DNA of 64,000 nucleotides from Macrostomum hystrix (taxonomy: Eukaryota > Animalia > Platyhelminthes), in NCBI GenBank assembly GCA_950097015.1, contig CATNEN010000015.1, positions 1,798,001 through 1,862,000 on the forward strand, given 5' to 3'. Shown here in pieces: positions 1 through 10,563 of this stretch. How positions within the stretch are numbered: the stretch's first letter is position 1; each line of letters starts with the position of its first letter. A program made the translations under genes and the position numbers. The notes beneath the pieces are model-generated. The model searched no databases, was not told where the DNA came from, and saw nothing but the letters and a program-made list of their open reading frames with translations.

Positions 1-303
1 GGAACGCAGAACCAGTTTGATCAGGTTTTTAACAGGTTCAGTGTCGGTTTGTTTGGGAACGCAGGACCAGTTTGATCAGGTTTTTAACAGGTTCAGTGTC
101 GGTTTGTTTGGGAGCGCAGAACCAGTTCGATCAGGTTTTTAACAGGTTCAGTGTCGGTTTGTTTGGGAGCGCAGAACCAGTTCGATCAGGTTTTTAACAG
201 GTTCAGTGTCGGTTTGTTTGGGAACGCAGAACCAGTTTGGTCAGGTTTTTAACAGGTTCAGTGTCGGTTTGTTTGGGAACGCAGAACCAGTTCGATCAGG
301 TTT
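1..303. repeat. 55-bp tandem repeat, about 5.5 copies, cut by the window edge
   Basis: Unit GGAACGCAGAACCAGTTTGATCAGGTTTTTAACAGGTTCAGTGTCGGTTTGTTTG recurs at 1, 56, 111, 166, 221, 276. Confidence 0.95.
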
Positions 304-590
304 TGAACTTCTGACCTCCAAATTCTATTTGTGGAGGTGCTGTACTTCTTTACGGTTTTACTTCAGGTGACAAAAGCACTGCTTCCATTTTGCCGTGACA
401 ACTCACTGACACTTAAATACACTTCATCCATCTTAACTCACACCCTCAACCAGAAAGAAGTAAATAATTTGCCTGGCGGGGGATATTAATCAGTGTCGCT
501 GTGCAAGACCCTAAAAATTTGGCGCCAGCAGCATTAGCTGGGGTAGGTTTGGGGAGTCGAGCGGTTACGTTCGTGCCGAGCTCACGTTAA

Positions 591-790
591 CACCCACCTC
601 ACTCCTGCACCCACCTCACGCCTGCATCCACCTCACTCCTGCACCCACCTCACGCCTACATCCACCTCACGCCTACATCCACCTCACGCCTGCATCCACC
701 TCACTCCTGCACCCACCTCACGCCTACATCCACCTCACGCCTACATCCACCTCACGCCTGCATCCACCTCACTCCTGCACCCACCCCACT
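591..790. repeat. 17-bp minisatellite (CACCCACCTCACTCCTG variants)
   Basis: About 11 adjacent units visible. Confidence 0.9.
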
Positions 791-1333
791 TCTAAACCAC
801 CTCTTCATTCACTTCTTAACTTTCAAGTGGTCTGCGATAGTCTCTTGTACTTATGCCCATGGTTTCGTGAATGCGAACCAAGTCCGCTTTTGAAAATGTT
901 TAAGATTCAAATTACCGTGTTTGACTTGCTTGAAAGAATTGGCAAAGTTTTTGCTTCTAGCCTACCGTAAGCTTAAACGATTGATGTCCGCATGAATGTG
1001 TAAGGCCAAACAATTAGCCAATTTGAATCTTGCGTGATTGGCTAGTTCATACGCAAAAAAATCTGTTGAATTTTGATTGGTTAGAACATTTCAAGTGCGT
1101 ACCACCAGTACTGTGTAATTCGCTGTACTGATTTTTTTGTTAATATATTTTTTCTAGACTACTTACTAACCAAAACAAGTAGTATATGCTGTATGCGCAT
1201 GGCTAAATATGTGCATGAGTGTATGACTTTTAATTCTACGCAGAACCACGAAATCAGACTTTAAATTCTACCCTTGCCGTGTAGGTCGTTTTTAAGGAAG
1301 ATTTGCGCAGTCGACCAATAAAACAATTAATTA

Positions 1334-1617
1334 TTGGCCGCATTCATTTGGGGCGCAGCCGCGGAGAGAAGGCTTGGGTGCTTGTCGTGCAATTTACGCC
1401 CTTGAGGGCCAACCTCCAAGGCACAGTGAGAGTGTACACTGCCTGACGATGAGAAAGTCAGGGCAGATGTACACACCTGTGTGAGCGTGTGCCTGCATAC
1501 AGTATCTGTCTGCGTGTGTGCTCAGGAGTCAGCGAAATGGGCAGACTTGCCTCCTCGCTGGCTGCGGGTCTAGTGTCACCAAATGACCGCAGCCGCCTGC
1601 AGTTATTATGCTCAGTA
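1334..1617 (+). mobile_element. tRNA-derived SINE family A, 5'-truncated copy
   Basis: Body (GCAATTTACGCCCTTGAGGGCCAACCTCCAAGGCACAGTGAGAGTGTACACTGCCTGACGATGAGAAAGTCAGGGCAGATGTACACACCTGTG...) matches the copies near 23.7, 26.6, 32.2, 51.3 and 54.0 kb; tRNA-like head missing. Confidence 0.85.
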
Positions 1618-2506
1618 TAAGCCTCAGTTGCGAATCTATACTGGTTGAAATATATCATAATTAACTATATCAGTAATAGTCAGAATGGCTGCATGACGAG
1701 ATTTTGTGAACAGAAAAAACTATACGGCTTTTTGCTGATTTATGCCACCAGACACCCGGACGAGAATTGTTGAACATCTCGACGATGCCGATGTTTTGTG
1801 ATTCTGGAAGTTGTTTCATCGTTTAGAGCGGAAAGTTTTGGATGAACATTTTGTGATATCCAGAGAAAAAAACGTGGGTATTTTGAAATATTTCTACTGT
1901 TAATGTGAGTCACGTGAGAAAACATGCCAGGTGAGCAGCCAGTGACGGAGCCGCATTACCATAGACTTTTGTTTGCTCGATTTTCAATCAATAATCAATT
2001 TTTCCTGCTTCAACTGCTGCTAACTGTTGCGCTGCTGCACTTGAGCACATTCTTTCAAGCGTGCATTTTCTGGGAAATAGAGATTTTCAGTCCACTGTCA
2101 GACACAGGCGGGCTTGTTTGAGCATTAAATGATCGGACAAAAATTAGAAGGCACAATTTTCTGTCCCACATGGAGCCCATGTGCACTGCTCAGTCCCATT
2201 TGGGATTTGGGATCTCGTGTGAATTAAAGGCATTTCCGTCCGCTTGGCCACTTTGCTGACTGCTTGGTGCTTGAGCCGTGCTCAGCTAAAAGTGCAGAAA
2301 CGCGCCCCTCGGATTAGTGAAAAGCCGAGTTTCAGCTTACACTGGCAAAGGGGGGCCTGCCTAGATTGCTAACTCGCTTCAGGCTCTGGCTTTGGATTGA
2401 AGGGCCATTGCTTGGGAATCGATGCAAGGAATCCGATTCCATCATTTGGCATTGTTCCAGTCTGCTTTTGTCTGCTTTTGTCTGTCTCATTTTTCTGTAT
2501 TTGTTT

Positions 2507-2592
2507 TCTGTCTGTCTGTCTGTCTGTCTGTCTGCCTGTCTGTCTGTCTGTCTGTCTGCCTGTCTGTCTGTCTGTCTGTCTGTCTGTCTGCC

Positions 2593-2625
<33 letters not shown>

Positions 2626-2628
2626 GCC

Positions 2629-2686
<58 letters not shown>
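2507..2686. repeat. (TCTG)n microsatellite
   Basis: Direct reading; it explains the CLSV/RQTD ORFs. Confidence 0.97.
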
Positions 2687-2687
<1 letters not shown>

Positions 2688-3142
2688 GTGTTCCTATGCT
2701 GTTCCATAGCCCTGATCAAAGACAGACAATTTGAGTTTGTTCTGCACGCAGTAATTAACTGCAACTGGAGCTCTCGAGTGCACTGCAGACATAATTAGAT
2801 AAATTGTGTGGCTAGTTGGCAAACATTACTTGACACGCTTAACTGATCGTTTGCAAGGGAATCGGCTGCCGCACACCTGTCTCACCAATTTACTCACTTT
2901 TCGCTAATTACTCATATATTCAAGCATAGTAAATCAGGGTTCGGCAATAGCTTAAATCAAGGCTGATCCGATTATGAAAATATATTTGGAGGACACCACA
3001 GTCGAAAATAATTAAGATTGATTTAGAGACACCTCAACTAACTGATAATACTAATTAGGTTAAGTCTCGAGTCAGAAAATTATGAGCGTACCAAATCTTG
3101 AAATCACAAGATGGAAGAATCGCGACATGGCAAATTCTCTCA

Positions 3143-3705
3143 TGGGGAAATCCCAACATTGGGAAATCCCAACATAGGGAAATCCCAACATAAGGAGAAT
3201 CCCAACATAGGGAAATCCCAACATAGGGAAATCCCAACATAAGGAAATCCCAACATAAGGAGAATCCCAACATAGGGAAATCCCAACATAAGGAGAATCC
3301 CAACATAGGGAAATCCCAACATAGGGAAATCCCAACATAAGGAGAATCCCAACATAGGGAAATCCCAACATTGGGAAATCCCAACATAAGGAGAATCCCA
3401 ACATAGGGAAATCCCAACATAAGGAGAATCCCAACATAGGGAAATCCCAACATAGGGAAATCCCAACATAAGGAAATCCCAACATAAGGAGAATCCCAAC
3501 ATAGGGAAATCCCAACATAGGGAAATCCCAACATAAGGAGAATCCCAACATAGGGAAATCCCAACATAGGGAAATCCCAACATAAGGAAATCCCAACATA
3601 AGGAGAATCCCAACATAGGGAAATCCCAACATAAGGAGAATCCCAACATAGGGAAATCCCAACATAGGGAAATCCCAACATAAGGAGAATCCCAACAAAG
3701 GAAAT
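3143..3705. repeat. 16/17-bp minisatellite (GGGAAATCCCAACATA / AGGAGAATCCCAACATA)
   Basis: About 34 units of two interleaved variants. Confidence 0.95.
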
Positions 3706-4250
3706 TCCAACACAAAGACAAAGAAAAGACAAAGAAATTCCTACAATAAAAATTCCTAAACTCGAAAATCCAAAGTAGGGAATCAAAATAAAAAAACTCG
3801 ATTCTGCTAAATACCAATTGGTAAAAAACCCCTAATGTAGGAATTCCAAATAGCGCATTCGAGAATCTCTTATTAAATCACCAAGTTGAATTACAAGTCA
3901 TTATGCTCTTTTCTATCTGTACAGGCTATCGTGTTCCTTTTTAACTAAAAGTGATCATCATTCAATTGACTAAATTACTGCACCCAGCTTCAGTGCTTCA
4001 TTTAACAAGGATTACTCCAGCCCAGGGTGCCTAAACCTAGCACACAGCATCCTCGTGATGAGATCCTCATTCTGATTTCAACAAAAGCCAGCAACACTGA
4101 CTGCTTGCTGGCTAATTATGGAGCATGGAGTGAATGGCTTGGTTCGCGACAGGGTGATAGACTGCCTCTGCCTAACCTTCTACTCATTACTCAAACAGCT
4201 CTTCTCCTCTGTAGTTTGTACTCGTTTCCTCTGCCTTAGACAGCCTTAGA

Positions 4251-5630
4251 CATGGGAAAGAGGAAAGAGGATGGGAAAGACAGCTGGGGATGGGAAAGAC
4301 AGCTGGGGATGGGAAAGACAGCTGGGGATGGGAAAGACAGCTGGGGATGGGAAAGACAGCTGGGGATGGGAAAGACAGTTGGGGATGGGAAAGACAGCTG
4401 GGGATGGGAAAGACAGCTGGGGATGGAAAAGACAGCTGGGGATGGGAAATACAGCTGGGGATGGGAAAGACAGCTGGGGATGGGAAAGACAGCTGGGGAT
4501 AGGAAAGACAGCTGGGGATGGGAAAGACTGCTGGGGATGGGAAAGACAGTTGGGGATGGGAAAGACAGCTGGGGATGGAAAAGACAGCTGGGGATGGGAA
4601 AGACTGCTGGGGATGGGAAAGACAGTTGGGGATGGGAAAGACAGCTGGGGATGGAAAAGACAGCTGGGGATGGGAAATACAGCTGGGGATGGGAAAGACA
4701 GCTGGGGATGGGAAAGACAGCTGGGGATAGGAAAGACAGCTGGGGATGGGAAAGACAGCTGGGGATGGGAAATACAGCTGGGGATGGGAAAGACAGCTGG
4801 GGATGGGAAAGACAGCTGGGGATGGGAAATACAGCTGAGGATGGGAAAGACAGCTGGGGTTGGGAAAGACAGTTGGGGATGGAAAAGACAGCTGGGGATG
4901 GGAAAGACAGCTGGGGATGGGAAAGACAGCTGGGGATAGGAAAGACAGCTGGGGATGGGAAAGACAGCTGGGGATGGGAAATACAGCTGAGGATGGGAAA
5001 GACAGCTGGGGTTGGGAAAGACAGTTGGGGATGGAAAAGACAGCTGGGGATGGGAAAGACAGCTGGGGATGGGAAAGACAGCTGGGGATAGGAAAGACAG
5101 CTGGGGATGGGAAAGACAGCTGGGGATGGGAAATACAGCTGAGGATGGGAAAGACAGCTGGGGTTGGGAAAGACAGCTGGGGATGGAAAAGAAAGCTGGG
5201 GATGGGAAATACAGCTGGGGATGGGAAAGACAGTTGGGGATGGAAAAGACAGCTGGGGATGGGAAATACAGCTGGGGATGGGAAAGACAGCTGGGGATGG
5301 GAAAGACAGCTGGGGATAGGAAAGACAGCTGGGGATGGGAAAGACAGCTGGGGATGGGAAAGACAGTTGGGGATGGGAAATACAGCTGGGGATGGGAAAG
5401 ACAGCTGGGGATGGGAAAGACAGCTGGGGATGGGAAAGACGGCTGGGGATGGGTAAGACAGCTGGGGATGGGAAATACAGCTGAGGATGGGAAAGACAGC
5501 TGGGGTTGGGAAAGACAGTTGGGGATGGAAAAGACAGCTGGGGATGGGAAATACAGCTGGGGATGGGAAATACAGCTGGGGATGGGAAATACAGCTGGGG
5601 ATGGGAAAGACAGCTGGGGATGGGAGAGAC
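4251..5630. repeat. 19-bp G-rich minisatellite (GGGATGGGAAAGACAGCTG)
   Basis: About 72 units; variant pattern repeats with a 152-bp (8-unit) offset at 4860/5012. Confidence 0.97.
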
Positions 5631-6447
5631 TGTTAAGAATAGGAAAAACTGTTGAGTATTGGAAAGTCATCTGTGGGTAAGAAAAAGCAGTTGAGCAGTA
5701 GAAAGGCAGCTGCACTTTTGCCATTCAGTTCCGCCATGCTAGTGGTGACGCGTCCTTGATAAGTCCTGCCTCATCAACTATCGCTATTGTTACTCGTCAC
5801 AATTGTGTCAGCTGAATAACTTAAAAGTCTATATAATTTTCACACCGAGCTTGTCAGGCTTTTCGCGTCGAATCACGTGATTTTTCCAGCCGATATGTTT
5901 AGAAAAATCTATAATTCAAAGGTGCTTTTAGGCTTTAGCTGAGTTGTTGTTTAACTGAAGGGGTTTAAATTGGCATTTTTTATATTGAGAGGGTGAGCAA
6001 GAGAGACAAAGACAGAGAGAAGTGATCCCATAACCTAATGGGAAATATTTTTTCTAATCCTAAATTTCATTCTGCCGAGGCCATTCTCGCCCACCCTCCC
6101 TCCACTCTCCTCTCCTCTTGCGCGAGGGCTGCTTCTAAAATTAGCAACACGCCTGCCCTGTGCCCCAGCCCAATGGCATGTCCGTGGCCTTGCCAGTTGT
6201 CAACAAACATTTTGTTGGGAAGGCTGTGTACTCAGCACCGGGACAATGGAAGGGTGTGCATTTTCTCTTCTGTTTACCAAGAACTAGTTTTATTAGATCA
6301 ATTCACTGCATGGCCTTGGATATCACCTGCTTCTGCTGCTGCTGCTGCTGCTTACCATGTTTGATTACGAGTTTTTATAATTTGAATAATTTGATAATTG
6401 TCAGCGGTGGACAATTAAAGAGAGAGAATTCTGATCTACTGAATGTA

Positions 6448-7229
6448 GAGAGACAAAGAAAGAGGAGACAGGATTGAAAAGAGAGAAGAGAGGAGAGAGG
6501 AGAGAGAAGAGAGAAGAGAGGAGAGAGGAGAGAGAAGATAGAAGAGAGGAGAGAGAAGATAGAAGAGAGGAGAGAGAAGATAGAAGAGAGGAGAGAGAAG
6601 AGAGAGGAGAGGAGAGAAGAGAGAGGAGAGAGAAGAGAGAAGAGAGGGAGAGAGAGAGCGGGAGAGAGGAGAGAGGAGAGAGAAGAGAGGAGAGAGAAGA
6701 GAAGAGAGAGGAGAGAGGAGAGAGAAGAGAGGAGAGAGAAGAGAAGAGAGAGGAGAGAGGAGAGAGAAGAGAGGAGAGAAGAGAGAGGAGAGGAGAGAGG
6801 AGAGAGAAGAGAGGAGAGAGGAGAGAGAGGAGAGGAGAGGAGAGAGAGGAGAGGAGAGAAGAGAGAGGAGAGGAGAGGAGAGGAGAGAAGAGAAGAGAGA
6901 GGAGAGAGGAGAGAGAAGAGAGGAGAGAGAAGAGAAGAGAGAGGAGAGAGGAGAGAGAAGAGAGGAGAGAAGAGAGAGGAGAGGAGAGAGGAGAGAGGAG
7001 AGGAGAGAGGAGAGAGGAGAGAGAGGAGAGAGAAGAGAGGAGAGAGGAGAGAGAAGAGAGGAGAGAAGAGAGAGGAGAGAGGAGAGGAGAGAGGAGAGAG
7101 GAGAGAGAGGAGAGAGAAGAGAAGAGAGAGGAGAGAGAAGAGAGAGGAGAGAGGGAGAGAGGGGGAGAGAGAGGAGAGAGAGGAGAGAGAAGAGAGAGGA
7201 GAGAGGTAGAGAGGGGGAGAGAGAGGAGA
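6448..7229. repeat. GA-rich polypurine microsatellite, left flank of the Penelope-like element
   Basis: Almost only G and A (GAGAG/GAAGA/GGAGA). Confidence 0.95.
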
Positions 7230-9250
7230 GCACCTCTAATCCCAGGCACTGACGCGGTAAAGAGTTAAAGCTGACTTTAATTTTTATTTTGCCGATATTT
7301 CGGAGAGAGGAGAAGTTAAAGTATAAGAAGTATAAAGAGAGAGAGAGAGCTCAATAGTGTAAAACCCTAGTAAGTACATTATGATGGGTCAAAAACTCTA
7401 AGAAAAGCGGGGTTGGTGTTTAAAACTGTACAGGTGGGCGGTCGGAATACCTTAAAGCGAAATAGGCGAGCGAGAATAAAATACCAAAGTTGAGCAAAGT
7501 ACAAATGCATAGGAAGGAGTCACACTAAAATTAAAGGAAAAAGTGCACGGGCACCGAATACGGCGTCAAACTAATAGAGTTAAATAGACGGAAAAAAGCA
7601 CATAAAAGAACGACAGATTGTGGTACTGTGCACGGATGGACTCAGTCCATAGGTTCTAGCCGACTGTGGCAGAGCAGCTGCCGCACGCTCTTGCCCTTGG
7701 TGTAGGCGGGTAGCACAGGGGCCTCACAGTGCCGTGCCACCTGGTCTCTCACCTTGGCAACCAAGGCGTCATTGGCCTTAGGACCAGAACGGTCGCGGGT
7801 CCAAACGCCTGTGAAGGCGAAGTCCGCCAGACTGTGACCATCACTGGTAAAATGGCGGGCGACCGGGGTGGCGCGGTCGTGCCGGATGTCGCCAATGTGT
7901 GCCAGCATGCGGCCACGGATGCTGTTGGCGGTCTCGCCAACGTAGACCGTGTGGTCGCATCGGCGACAGAACACAGTGTAGATGGCGCTCAAGGCGTTGC
8001 AGTCTATCCTCTGGCTGATGACGAGTTGGACTGATGTCGCAGCTGAACCAGGACAGACGGAGGTGAATCTGGCGTGCGCCTGGCAGCACTTGCAGAGCCG
8101 GACCGGGTTGCATGGCAGGAAGCCGAACTCCCACTGTCTGGTTGGGTAGAAGCCCATATCCGTCAGTACGTCGTACTTGATGGTGCGCAGACGCCGCCGG
8201 CTGTATCCTTGGAGTTGCACCAGGTTGGACATCAGCCCGGTGCACGCTGCATCGAAGTCGGCCATCAGAGAACATCGTCGGGCGTATCTGAGTAGTTGGG
8301 ACTTCACCACGCCACGGAAAGTCCGCTTAGGATGGAATGATTCGCGGTGGTTGAGGGCTCGGCTGTCAGTAGGTTTGAAAAAGACTCTAGTTCCGAGCTT
8401 CTTGGTGTCGACATCGCGATCCCAAAAGACAGTGGTGTCCAGAAAGTTGACCTCGGTGCTGCTGTAGCTCAGTTGTAGCCGGATGTTCGGGTCGAGGGCG
8501 TCCAGATGCTGATGGAACTGGATAAGTTCGTCTTCCGTTCCACGCCACACGCCGAAGATGTCATCGATGTACGAAGCCACAGGCTGGGCTTCAGAGGGCT
8601 GGTCTCGAGGCCTCTCTGCTCCCAGTAGCCCATGTATATGTTGCTGTAGCTTGGTGCAAATGATTTGCCCATGGCCGTGCCCTTCACATGCAGGAAGAAC
8701 TTGCCCTCGAATTCAAAGTCGTTGCGCTCGAGGTTCAGCTTCAACAGTGCGAGGAGGCTGGCGTCTGGCCGTTGATTGTCCGGGTGATCCCTGAATGCCT
8801 TCTGCACGCACTCGAGGCCGGCCTCCGTCGGTATGTTGGTGTACAGGCTGGCGACGTCCATAGTAAACAGGAAGATCTCTTCGAGCGTGGTCGGTGTCTC
8901 TGATGAAACTGGCCAGCTTGACGACGATCGGCTGCAGAAAGCTATCAATAAAGCGGCCGCTGGCGTATGACTCGCTGTCCACATCCGACAAGATGGGTCG
9001 GATGGGTGGAATAGTTCCGAGCGGCCAAGACTCTATTGGTTTGTAGATCTTCGGTAGTATATACGTAGAAGCATCGCGTGTGGAACTCACTCTTCGGGCT
9101 AAAAGCGTTGAAAAGGCGCTGGTCGATGATCTTGCGCTCCAACAGTGACCTGAAAACGCCGCGAATCGTCTAGGCAGTGTAGCGGCTTATTGGTGTGCTC
9201 AGAGGCTCGTAGAATAGCGGGTCCTCCAACTGACGAAGGCACTCGTCAGA
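7230..9250 (-). mobile_element. Penelope-like retroelement (RT with C-terminal GIY-YIG endonuclease), 5'-truncated and decayed
   Basis: Minus-strand peptides show PLE RT motifs (ECLRQLEDPLFY, YILPKIYK, RPILSD, TMDVASLYTNIP, GTAMGKSFAPSYSNIYMG, YIDDIFGVW, VNFLD), a thumb (HPKRTFRGVVKSQLLRYARRCS), a Cys-rich linker (PCNPVRLCKCC) and a GIY-YIG (AIYTVFCRRCDHTVYVGET...R.R...H...PVARHF...H). 7230-7641 is the presumed 3' non-coding part; that boundary is approximate. Confidence 0.92.
7642..9250 (-). pseudogene. Disrupted PLE RT-endonuclease ORF
   Basis: Homology jumps between track ORFs 8945-9142, 8713-9090, 8469-8984 and 7642-8580. In-frame TAG at 9170-9172; frameshifts near 9060, near 8885-8895 (with a short deletion after IRDTDH) and near 8570 (WLR/YIDD, 1 nt missing). 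Confidence 0.88.
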
Positions 9251-9612
9251 GAGGAGAGAGGAGAGAGGAGAAAGAAGAGAGGAGAGAGGAGAGGAGAGAG
9301 GAGAGAGAAGAGAGGAGAGAGGAGAGAAGAGAGAGAAGAGAGGAGAGAGGAGAGAAGAGAGAGGAGAGAAGAGAGAGGAGAGGAGAGAGGAGAGAAGAGA
9401 GGAGAGAGGAGAGAGGAGAGAGGAGAGAAGAGAGAAGAGAGGAGAGAGAAGAGAGGAGAGAGAAGAGAGGAGAGAAGAGAGGAGAGGAGAGAGGAGAGAA
9501 GAGAGAAGAGAGGAGAGAGAAGAGAGGAGAGAGAAGAGAGGAGAGAAGAGAGGAGAGGAGAGAGAAGAGAGGAGAGAGGAGAGAGAAGAGAGGAGAGAAG
9601 AGAGAGGAGAGA
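9251..9612. repeat. GA-rich polypurine microsatellite, right flank of the PLE
   Basis: Same composition as 6448-7229; begins at the base where PLE coding homology ends. Confidence 0.95.
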
Positions 9613-9934
9613 TTCAGTTTCTCCTATAATGAATAAGATATGCAGTTTTCAGGCCGCATCGCAGTGCAGGTTTGGAAGCAAGTTACTGGTGTGTTTTGGC
9701 GAGTAAACAAGAGGCAGGATGCAGTCAGGGACAAAGAATTTTTCAGCAATAAATGTTTAAATATTGATTGTTCAGCCCAGTGCAGTGCATTAAGATTCAG
9801 CAAACGAACCGACTGGAATTTTTAAAAGGCCGACGCTATCGCAAAATAATTCGGAAGACAAAAGGAATGTGAACGCGTCACCATGGCGGCCGGAACTTGC
9901 AGTTGAAATGATGCCAATTGAAATTAAGAGACGA

Positions 9935-10265
9935 GATTCTCTCCCCTGAGATCTCTATTCGCACCTAAAATCTCACCTCTCCCCTGAGATGTCATCTGTC
10001 CCTGAGATCTCATCTCTCCCCTGAGATCTCATCTCTCTCCTGAGATCTCATCTCTCTCCTGAGATCTCATCTCTCTCATGGCATCTTATCTCTCCCCTGA
10101 GATTTCTCTCCCCTGAGTTCATCTTTCTCGCATGTAATATTTCTTTATTCTGAGATCTCTTCTCTCCCTTGGGACATATTTTCTCCTTGAGATTTCTTCT
10201 GTCCCTTCGATCTTTTCTCTCGACTGAAATCTCATCTCTCTCACCTGAGAACTCTCCCTAATCTC
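9935..10265. repeat. Degenerate about 19-bp minisatellite (CTGAGATCTCATCTCTCC-like)
   Basis: Recurring CTGAGATCTC motif with diverged spacers. Confidence 0.7.
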
Positions 10266-10563
10266 TCCCTATACTCTTCAGCTCTAGACTCTACTCTCCA
10301 TTTTTATTTTTACGTCAATTTTTTGGATTCCCTTCTCACTCTATTTGAGCGCGAGCAGTAAATTCCCCAATGTACATTTCGGTTTGGTCAGAGGCTGGTG
10401 CGCTGGGTGGGTGACGTGGCGGCTAGAGGTAAGAGCTGACTCAGCAGCACCTCCCAGATAGTCAGTCAAAACTTGAGCACATCCCCTCAATTGAGCACAG
10501 AATGCAAAACAAATGCACGTTGAACCGAGAGCTCGCTTACATCACACATGCGATTTTAAGCAA

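Noticed and set aside
4246-5724. 492-aa and overlapping ORFs in the 19-bp array
   Set aside because: Translations of a repeat whose unit is not a multiple of 3; all frames give permutations of the same peptide.
7230-7641. Hammerhead ribozyme or pseudo-LTR expected in a PLE 3' region
   Set aside because: No CTGAnGA...GAAA core found by eye on the element strand and no second copy of this segment; a covariance-model search would be more sensitive.
9229-9249. CTGACGA-AGGCAC-TCGTCAG hairpin resembling a hammerhead core
   Set aside because: It is part of the RT coding remnant (SDECLRQ on the minus strand) and lacks the GAAA and flanking stems.
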